A DNA stretch of 15,805 bases from an uncultured Alphaproteobacteria bacterium (GTDB lineage Bacteria; Pseudomonadota; Alphaproteobacteria; Rhizobiales; Xanthobacteraceae), in NCBI GenBank assembly GCA_963816565.1, contig CAWFLM010000012.1:1-15805 (forward strand), written 5' to 3'. The position numbers and the translations under genes were made by a program. Shown one piece after another: positions 9,975-15,805 of this stretch. Numbering within the stretch: the stretch's first letter is position 1; each line of letters starts with the position of its first letter. Below the pieces are notes generated by a model that searched no databases, was not told the origin of the DNA, and saw only the letters and a list, made by a program, of their open reading frames with translations.

Positions 9975-10014
9975 TTGCGATACCCGTTAGTCGGAGTTGT
10001 CGGAGAAAGGTTCA
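9975..10014 (-). promoter_or_regulatory. Putative ECF-sigma-dependent promoter of paralog A.
   Basis: On the minus strand it reads TGAACC (plus 10009-10014), then TTTCTCCGACAACTC (15 nt), then CGACTAA (plus 9987-9993), then the conserved AACGGGTATCGCAA. The -10 element ends 45 nt before the ATG. The same architecture is found upstream of paralog B and of the ECF sigma gene. Confidence 0.4.
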
Positions 10015-10134
10015 GGGCCGGTGAAGATCGCGATCGGCCTCGAGCGCGCCGCCGCAAGCGGGCCGGCAGGCGCCCTTAACTGGCGGGCCCTCATCAATGC
10101 CGGATAGGATCGATTGGCGGATTGCAATGAAAGT

Positions 10135-11013
10135 CTATTGGACCAGTTCGAGCACAAAATCCATCGGCTCGGCAATCGAATAACCCGAGTTAAGAAGCAT
10201 CGTAAAATCCGCCGCTTTTTCGGTCAGTGGAATAAACTCAGTCATGATGCCGACAAGATGAAAGTATATTTCAGAACCCTCCGGATCGATTTCAAATACC
10301 GGCCCTCCGCTGTTTCCCCTGTACACCGGGCCATCAATAATCAAAGAACGTCTTTGCGGATCTTTTCCGGCGATAAAAGCCTTTCGCAGCAGCGGCCGCA
10401 GCGGATCGAATTGTTGGTGTCAGGAAGACCCAGCGACGCCGGGTAGCCATACAAAATAGCATCGTTTCCGACCAGAACTTGATCGAACTTTCGGACCGCA
10501 ATCATTCCCGCACTAACCAGGCCGCTGTCCGCAAATTCGACTTTTGCGACCCCCGGCGAAAAGAATGTCATCAGCGAGTGATCCTGGGCTTCCTTCAGAA
10601 TCCCGAGCTTGATGGCTGCAACATCTCTCGTTTTGTGCGGCTTCACATCGCCCCGATCCAGCAGCATTTTGAAATCGACCCTCAGCAAAATCCGCTGCGG
10701 CGTCGGCTGATCCATCGAGTATGACACCAGTTCAAGAACCAGATCCGGCACTTCGGCTTTGTGGGTTTTTTCGTTGGGCAGGCCTGACGCTATGACGTGT
10801 TTTGCGGTCACCAAATATTCTGCATTGGCGGTACCAAAATAAAAACCCGAGCCAAAGCCCAACGTCGTTCCACTACTGTTTTTCATGATAACCAAGACGG
10901 GATAGGCCAAATTGTCGTCGGGAATCATCCGCCTCGCCTGCGCCAAATTGATCGACACGAACGGCCAAAGCGACGACCAGGAACAAGCGGCTGATTTGGA
11001 GCAGGTGATTCAT
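10135..11013 (-). CDS. Secreted trypsin-like (S1 / chymotrypsin-fold) serine peptidase. It sits in a low-GC island and has 2 frame shifts.
   Basis: A signal peptide MNHLLQISRLFLVVALAVRVD starts at the ATG at 11011-11013. ORF 10341-10958 (-) carries the His motif LVTAKHVIASG and the Asp motif TRDVAAIKLGIL. ORF 10135-10344 (-) carries the Ser motif YRGNSGGPVF (GDSGGP-like) and ends ...SIAEPMDFVLELVQ*. GC is about 47-50% over 10.1-11.1 kb, against about 65% in the flanks. Confidence 0.75.
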
Positions 11014-11154
11014 CGCAACAGCCTTTCAAGATCGGACCTCGCTTTTGGCAGACGCGCCTTTAGCCGCCTCAACTGTAGAACAGCGCGCCCATTTCGTCGC
11101 CCGTCGTTCCGAGCTGGAATGCCGTCGCCAAAAAACTATTTAAGACACTCGCAC

Positions 11155-11201
11155 TAACAAAAAAGAGACAGGTCGCCTGCGATACGTTTCGCAGGCGACC
11201 T
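11155..11201 (-). terminator. Rho-independent terminator for paralog B on the minus strand.
   Basis: Plus-strand AGGTCGCCTGCG (11170-11181), loop ATACGTTT, then CGCAGGCGACCT (11190-11201). This is a perfect 12-bp stem. On the minus strand it is followed by GTCTCTTTTTTGTT. It lies 39 nt after the gene B stop. Its stem sequence is nearly identical to the terminator at 9081-9112. Confidence 0.65.
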
Positions 11202-11239
11202 TCATTCTCATTTCCGGCGTGGGCGTTTTGCCGGCGTCT

Positions 11240-11886
11240 TCAGTTCTTTTCCGCTGCCTGCGCTGCCGCCTGGCCGTTGGCCTTCAGGAAGTCCTGATAG
11301 GTGAGGCCCGCGTAGTTCGGCGTGGTCGGCGCTTGCGTTGCGTCGGCAGCCGGCGCCACGGGCGCTGTGTCGTTGGACTTGCTGTTGGCCGGCGGTACCG
11401 GGGTAGCGTCGGAAGAGGCGCCGCCGATCGCCGCGCTGGCTGCTTCTTTGGTGCACATATCGGCGAACACCACCAGACCGGCCTGCGTGTAAGTCTTGGT
11501 CAGGCAGGTGCACGGACCGGGAGCAGCCGCAGATACGGGCGCCGCATCCGCGAGGTCACCATCCACCGGGTCGATGACGATCCAGCGGCCACCACGGAAA
11601 ATCCAGTGTCCGTGACCATGGCCGGCCCAACGGCCGGGAGCCGGAGCCGATCCGGGTGACCGGGACGGTCGCCATTGCGGGCTACACGTCCGCCACCATC
11701 GCGGCCGCCGCGGCCGGCGCCGGTACGTCCGCCGACATTGACGTGACCGCCGACGCTGGCATGACCGCCGAAACTGGCATGACCGCCGCCGCCGCCGAAA
11801 CCGTGGGCGTAAGAAGCGCTGGAAGCAAGCGAGGCGACGGTGATCGTGGCCGCGGCTGCGAGGGTGAGGATCAGGGTGCGTGACAT
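11240..11886 (-). CDS. Paralog B of the secreted Gly/His-rich, Cys-containing protein, about 215 aa. It has a signal peptide and at least 1 frame shift.
   Basis: The ATG at 11884-11886 sits behind GGAGAAC. It reads MSRTLILTLAAAATITVASLASSASYA, a signal peptide with an AxA cleavage site. This is followed by HGFGGGGGHASFGGHASVGGHVNVGGRTGAGRGGRDGGGRVA, which contains GGHxx[FV] hexapeptide repeats. After a frame shift it reads ...APGRWAGHGHGHWIFRGGRWIVIDPVDGDLADAAPVSAAAPGPCTCLTKTYTQAGLVVFADMCTKEAASAAIGGASSDATPVPPANSKSNDTAPVAPAADATQAPTTPNYAGLTYQDFLKANGQAAAQAAEKN* (ORF 11240-11566). The 263-aa ORF 11500-12291 is an artefact that runs past the true start. Confidence 0.65.
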
Positions 11887-11918
11887 GGTCGTTCTCCAGG
11901 GGTTGCGAGGGTTGGGCG

Positions 11919-11959
11919 TTTCGATACCCGTTGGTCGGTGGCTCCCGGAGAAAGGTTCA
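11919..11959 (-). promoter_or_regulatory. Putative ECF-sigma-dependent promoter of paralog B.
   Basis: On the minus strand it reads TGAACC (plus 11954-11959), then TTTCTCCGGGAGCCAC (16 nt), then CGACCAA (plus 11931-11937), then AACGGGTATCGAAA. The -10 element ends 44 nt before the ATG. The 5'-UTR ...CCCTGGAGAAC(A/G)AC(G/C)ATG is conserved with paralog A. Confidence 0.4.
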
Positions 11960-12177
11960 AAGGGGACAGTGAAATTCTCGATAGGCGCGGGGCGGGACCG
12001 GCCGGGGTCGAGCGGCGAGCCGCCTACTATTAAGTTTGCTTGAGTCGGCGTTGGCGGAGCTGACGCTGAAAGCCCATAAAACAAGGCTTTTGGCCTTCGG
12101 CTTGCCCTACCGCACATGAATAAGGAAACTGCCGGTACTCGAGTAGCCGAACCGCGCAAATTTTCTTCGATTTCAAT

Positions 12178-12206
12178 TGAACCTGGGCGCCGCTCCCAAC
12201 GACCAA
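12178..12206 (+). promoter_or_regulatory. Putative autoregulatory ECF-type promoter of the sigma factor gene.
   Basis: TGAACC (12178-12183), then TGGGCGCCGCTCCCAA (16 nt), then CGACCAA (12200-12206). It lies 23 nt upstream of the ATG at 12230. It has the same -35/-10 sequences and spacing as the promoters of paralogs A and B. Confidence 0.35.
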
Positions 12207-12229
12207 TTTTACGAGCCGATAGCCTGCCG

Positions 12230-12790
12230 ATGCAGACGACTTCGGACGAGGTTCTGATCGGAAGGATCGCCAATGGCGACCGGCTCGCCATGCAGGTGCT
12301 GTTCGCGCGTCACCATGTCCGGGTTTACCGATTCGTGCTGCGGCTGGTGCGCAACGAGGCAACGGCGGAGGATTTGATCAGTGAGGTGTTCCTCGACGTC
12401 TGGCGGCAGGCCGGCAGGTTCGAGGGACGGTCAGCGGTGTCGACCTGGATGTTGAGCATCGCCCGCTTCAAGGCGCTGTCGGCGCTGCGCAAGCGTACCG
12501 AGGAGGAGCTGGATGACGAGACGGCCAGCGCGATCGAGGATCATGCCGACGATCCGGAGGTCTCGCTGGCGAAGAAGGATAAAGCCGCCGTGTTGCGGCA
12601 ATGCCTGGGCAAGCTCTCGGCCGAGCACCGGGAGGTCGTCGACCTCGTATACTACCATGAGAAATCGGTGGAGGAGGTCGCGGGCATTGTCGGCATTCCG
12701 GAGGCGACCGTGAAGACGCGCATGTTCTATGCGCGGAGGAAACTGTCGGAGCTCCTCAAGGAGCAAGGAATGGATCGAGGTTGGCCATGA
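12230..12790 (+). CDS. ECF-family RNA polymerase sigma-70 factor.
   Basis: It reads MQTTSDEVLIGRIANGDRLAMQVLFARHHVRVYRFVLRLVRNEATAEDLISEVFLDVWRQAGRFEGRSAVSTWMLSIARFKALSALRKR, which is region 2. It continues ...LSAEHREVVDLVYYHEKSVEEVAGIVGIPEATVKTRMFYARRKLSELL, which is region 4. The six-frame ORF starts at 12116, but the N-terminal alignment and the promoter favour 12230. Its TGA overlaps the anti-sigma ATG (CCATGACC). Confidence 0.9.
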   Translation: MQTTSDEVLIGRIANGDRLAMQVLFARHHVRVYRFVLRLVRNEATAEDLISEVFLDVWRQAGRFEGRSAVSTWMLSIARFKALSALRKRTEEELDDETASAIEDHADDPEVSLAKKDKAAVLRQCLGKLSAEHREVVDLVYYHEKSVEEVAGIVGIPEATVKTRMFYARRKLSELLKEQGMDRGWP

Positions 12791-13467
12791 CCGCGGCGCA
12801 AGGAAAGCGAGCCGAACGAAATCGAACTCCTGCTGCCTTGGCACGCGGCGGGAACGCTCAGCCAACGCGACAAGCAGCGCGTGGAAGCCGCGCTCGCCAA
12901 CGACCCGGAGCTTGCGCGCCGCTACCAGCTGGTGCGCGAGGAGCTTGGCGAGACCATCCACCTCAACGAGACGCTGGGGGCGCCATCGGCGCGCGCCATG
13001 GAAGCGCTATTCGCCAAGATCGACGCCGAGCCGGCGCGAGCCCCGGCGGTGTCGATCAATGTCGGCGTGCGCATTCGCGAATTTTTGCCGGCCTTTCGCC
13101 GCGCACGCTTGCCTGGTCGGCAAGCGCGGCGATGCTGGCCATTCTGCTGCAGGCCGGATTGATTGCCGGCATTCTGTTCAAAGAACAAGGCGCCCAGACT
13201 GCGGCCAACTACCAAACGGCCTCGCTGTCGCGCCCGGCCAGCGGCGAAGGTTCCTATGCGCTGATCCGTTTCCAGCCGCAGGCCAATGCCGCCGAAATCA
13301 GCAAATTCCTGGAAACCAACAAACTCACTATCGCCGACGGCCCGTCGCCGGGCGGGCTATATCGGGTGCGCGTCGCGCCGAGCAAGGTTTCCGGTACGGA
13401 CCTCACCGGCATCGTGAAGAAGCTGCAGGACAATAGCGTTGTGGGCTTTATCGCCCCCACGGAGTGA
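12787..13467 (+). CDS. Cognate anti-sigma factor, a single-pass membrane protein. It needs 2 frame shifts.
   Basis: Stitched over 3 frames it reads MTAAQGKRAEPNEIELLLPWHAAGTLSQRDKQRVEAALANDPELARRYQLVREELGETIHLNETLGAPSARAMEALFAKIDAEP.... It then reads ...LSPRTLAWSASAAMLAILLQAGLIAGILF, which is a transmembrane helix. It continues ...YALIRFQPQANAAEISKFLETNKLTIADGPSPGGLYRVRVAPS...VGFIAPTE*. The N-terminal ELLLPW..G.LS motif is typical of ECF anti-sigma factors. It is translationally coupled to the sigma gene. Confidence 0.75.
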   Translation: MTAAQGKRAERNRTPAALARGGNAQPTRQAARGSRARQRPGACAPLPAGARGAWRDHPPQRDAGGAIGARHGSAIRQDRRRAGASPGGVDQCRRAHSRIFAGLSPRTLAWSASAAMLAILLQAGLIAGILFKEQGAQTAANYQTASLSRPASGEGSYALIRFQPQANAAEISKFLETNKLTIADGPSPGGLYRVRVAPSKVSGTDLTGIVKKLQDNSVVGFIAPTE

Positions 13468-13556
13468 TCGTCCTGCCACAGTTTGGCTTGAGAGTTCTGC
13501 CATTGAAGGCGTTGCCGACACTAGCGCGGTGCGCACCGCCGTATCGGGAGGTTGCC

Positions 13557-15705
13557 ATGCGAAGCAAGCGATGACGTCCCGATCGATCCTGGGGGTTATG
13601 CTCTTCGGTTTGTTTTGGCGGTAGCTGCATTGACAAATCTGGCCCCGCCGCAGCGCGCGGCTTCGGCGGCGGCGTTTTGGCGGGGGGGCGCGCGGATGTT
13701 CGCGGCATGCGCGGCGGCGGATCGCACCACGAATGACGCGGAGTAGCGGCAGGACAAGTGGCGGTACATCCACCAAACGCGACGTCGGCAATTCGAGCGG
13801 ACCAGGACAACAAACACGTCGGGGACGGCCAGCCATCACGCGAACGTCGGCCGCCAATTCCGGAACAAAAACGACAAATACTGAACCAACTACAATTCTA
13901 GCTTGAGTTCATCCGGCAAGCACCGTCAAAAACGACGCATCAGGGGAACGGCAACATTTCGACCTCGAAAACATTGACGAATCAACACCGGTTCGAAAAC
14001 AACCAACATCAGGGGAGCAGCAACACTTCCACTGCGAACACGTCGACGACTGCCGGCTCGAGAACAACGACACGCAAGGAAGCGGCAACAATTCCACCGT
14101 GAACAGGTCGGCGAGCAATACCGGCTCAAGAACCACGACCACGACCGGCAACACGTCGACATCGAACACGTCGAACGCCAATGCCGGCTCGACGACAACA
14201 AACACACAGGGGCCGGCCAACACCCACCGGAAACACTCAGCCGCCAACAACGGCTCGAGGACGGGAAGCACGCCGGGGACCGGCGGCAATTCCACATCGA
14301 ATACGCCGGGCGCCACTACCGGTTCGGACACTGGTCGGGCCGGGGACGGTCGCTAATGCCGGCTCGAATACATCTGACACGCCGCGCGGTGGCGGCCGCG
14401 TTCCCGGCTGCAGTGCCGAACATTCCGCCGGGGCCTGTTGGTCTTGGCGGTGGCGGTGGCGGCGCAGGGGGTGGCGGCGGAGGTGCCGGTGGCGGCGGCG
14501 GAGGTGGCGCGGGTGGCGGAGCCAATGTGGCCAGCAGCGGCGTCCCACCGCGAAACGAGCGGCGCTACGTACCTGACGAAGTCATCGCTGAGTTTTCGTC
14601 GACCGCGACGCCGCAATCGATCGATCAGCTCGCACGCCGGTACAATTTGACCCGGCTTGAATCGCAAAGCTTCCCATTGATCGGCACCATCATTTACCGC
14701 TGGCACATCAACGGCCGCCGCTCAGTCCGGATACAATCGGTGCGATCGAAGACCAGCGCGTCGTCGCCAGAGCACAGCCCAATTACCTTTTCACGCTGCA
14801 AGCAGACGCCACAACCCCGGCGACAAAAACCCGCGGCGACGATTCGGCCCAATACGCCCTCGGCAAGCTGCACATCGAACGCGCGCATCAAGTCGCGACC
14901 GGGAAAAACATTCCGATTGCCTTGATCGACTCCGAGATCGACGTGAAACATCCGGACCTGAATGGAGCAATCACAAAAAGCTTCGATCCGCTCGGTGGAG
15001 ATGCCAAGCCGCACCCGCACGGCACTGCCATGGCAGGCGCCATCGCCGCGCACGGGAAACTTTCCGGCATCGCTTTAGGCCCGCATCTGTTGGCGGCGCG
15101 CGCCTTCGACAACACCGCGGGCGAGACCAAGGGTACCTCTCTTGCGATCTACAAAAGCCTGCAGTGGGCCGCGGACAATGGCGCTCGCGTCATCAACATG
15201 AGCTTCGCCGGCCCCGCCGACCCCGACATGCACCGGATGCTGGCGGCCGCATACGAGAAAGGCATCGTGCTGGTAGCGGCAGCCGGAAACGCCGGACCCA
15301 ACTCCGCACCGCTTTATCCGGCGGCCGATCCCGACGTCATCGCGGTGACTGCCACCGACAGCAATGACGGTCTGTTCAAGATGGCCAACCGCGGCTCATA
15401 CATTGCCGTTGCTGCTCCGGGCGTGGAGATTCTGGCACTGGCGCCCGGTAAACCGTATCAGATCACCACGGGCACCTCGGTCGCCGCGGCGCATGTCAGC
15501 GGGATCGCGGCAATGCTGCTCAAAGAAAAACCTTCGCTCACGCCCAACAAGTCCGCTCGATCATCATGTCTACTGCCAAGCCGCTCGGATCGGCCGGCCA
15601 GCGATCGGACTTTGGCGCCGGACTGGTCGATGCCTACCAGGCGGTGACGGCGATAGGAACGGCAAGCCGGCGGTTAAACAGGACGCCGAACAGGCAAAGG
15701 AATAA
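13557..15705 (+). CDS. Secreted subtilisin-like (S8) serine peptidase. It has a long N-terminal low-complexity Ser/Thr/Asn/Gly repeat region, a poly-Gly tract and an I9-like propeptide. The N-terminal part has many frame shifts and the 5' extent is uncertain.
   Basis: The catalytic domain (ORF 14922-15647 plus neighbouring frames) reads IALIDSEIDVKHPDL (Asp), HPHGTAMAGAIAAHG (His), AAAGNAGPNS (Asn) and TTGTSVAAAHVSGIAAMLL (Ser). The propeptide reads NERRYVPDEVIAEFSSTATPQSIDQLARRYNL.... Upstream are GLGGGGGGAGGGGGGAGGGGGGGAGGG and NTGSRTTTTTGNTSTSNTSNANAGSTTTNTQGP... repeats. A candidate signal peptide MRSKR-MTSRSILGVMLFGLF-LAVAALTNLAPPQRAASA sits at 13557, 6 nt after GGGAGG. Every frame has stops between 13746 and 14100, so the link between the signal peptide and the protease rests on assuming indels. 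The gene ends ...AYQAVTAIGNGKPAVKQDAEQAKE* at 15705. Confidence 0.8.
13920..14400 (+). repeat. About 7 degenerate tandem copies of a unit of about 60-68 nt that encodes an STNG-rich peptide repeat.
   Basis: The anchor [AT][AG]CCGG[CT]TC[GA]A recurs at about 13988, 14051, 14119, 14181, 14249, 14317 and 14356. Spacings are 63, 68, 62, 68, 68 and 39 nt. Translated units look like NTGSRTTTTTGNTSTSNTSNA, NAGSTTTNTQGPANT... and NNGSRTGSTPGTGGNSTSNTPGA. Confidence 0.6.
14443..14525 (+). repeat. GGN codon tract encoding poly-Gly (G6-7 A)x4.
   Basis: The DNA reads ggcggtggcggtggcggcgcagggggtggcggcggaggtgccggtggcggcggcggaggtggcgcgggtggcgga. The antisense poly-Pro ORF 14316-14525 and the WRWRW/AVAVAA ORFs in other frames are artefacts of this tract. 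Confidence 0.7.
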
Positions 15706-15805
15706 TCGCAAAGCCGATCGGCGTGCTAGCCTTGCCGTGACACCGACGGTATCGGCCATGACCGCGCCGTGTGCGCCGAGCGGTTTTTCGTCGCCAATTG
15801 TTGAA

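Noticed and set aside
11500-12291. A 263-aa minus ORF extending 400 nt upstream of the gene B ATG.
   Set aside because: It runs through the ECF promoter and divergent intergenic region. The real start is the ATG at 11886, which has an RBS and a signal peptide.
12431-12961. A 176-aa minus ORF antisense to the sigma/anti-sigma genes.
   Set aside because: There is clear ECF sigma and anti-sigma homology on the plus strand. The ORF is an antisense open frame typical of high GC.
13909-14548. Minus-strand ORFs (140 aa, 123 aa, 103 aa, and a 69-aa poly-Pro ORF).
   Set aside because: They are antisense to the repeat and poly-Gly region of the S8 gene. Poly-Pro is simply the reverse complement of GGN codons.
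1-15805. CRISPR arrays, tRNA/rRNA genes, and IS or transposase genes.
   Set aside because: None were found. There are no regularly spaced direct repeats with unique spacers, no cloverleaf-compatible segments, and no transposase-like ORFs or terminal inverted repeats.

Overview
This is a high-GC (about 65%) segment from an alphaproteobacterial chromosome. The synteny dnaG / yqeY-like / carA with divergent arrangement suggests a Bradyrhizobium- or Rhodopseudomonas-like Nitrobacteraceae genome. The window has two parts.

(1) A housekeeping block at 1-6.8 kb: DNA primase dnaG (-), a GatB/YqeY-domain gene (-), carA (+), a small cupin (+), a class I SAM methyltransferase (+) and a cytosine-deaminase-like amidohydrolase (-).

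(2) An accessory block at 7-15.8 kb. It starts with a Dyp-type peroxidase plus a family-1 encapsulin shell gene, a known nanocompartment operon. The DyP C-terminal targeting peptide SLGIGSLKG is only visible in an alternate frame, and the DyP stop TAA overlaps the encapsulin ATG. Next comes a cluster I cannot assign to any described system. It has two paralogous genes for secreted Gly/His-rich, Cys-containing proteins (about 215 aa). Each paralog has a conserved ECF-type promoter (TGAACC-N15/16-CGAC[C/T]AA) and a near-identical rho-independent terminator. The two paralogs flank a low-GC trypsin-like (S1) secreted protease gene. Divergent from the second paralog is an ECF sigma factor, whose own upstream region carries the same promoter motif. 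After the sigma gene come its anti-sigma factor and a subtilisin-like (S8) protease with an unusual N-terminal repeat/poly-Gly region.

Nearly every gene in the window, including the essential dnaG and carA, needs 1-4 frame shifts to be read through. This pattern looks like indel sequencing error rather than gene decay. As a result, several six-frame ORF calls (e.g. the 631-aa DyP-encapsulin 'fusion' and the 303-aa and 263-aa minus-strand ORFs) are artefacts.
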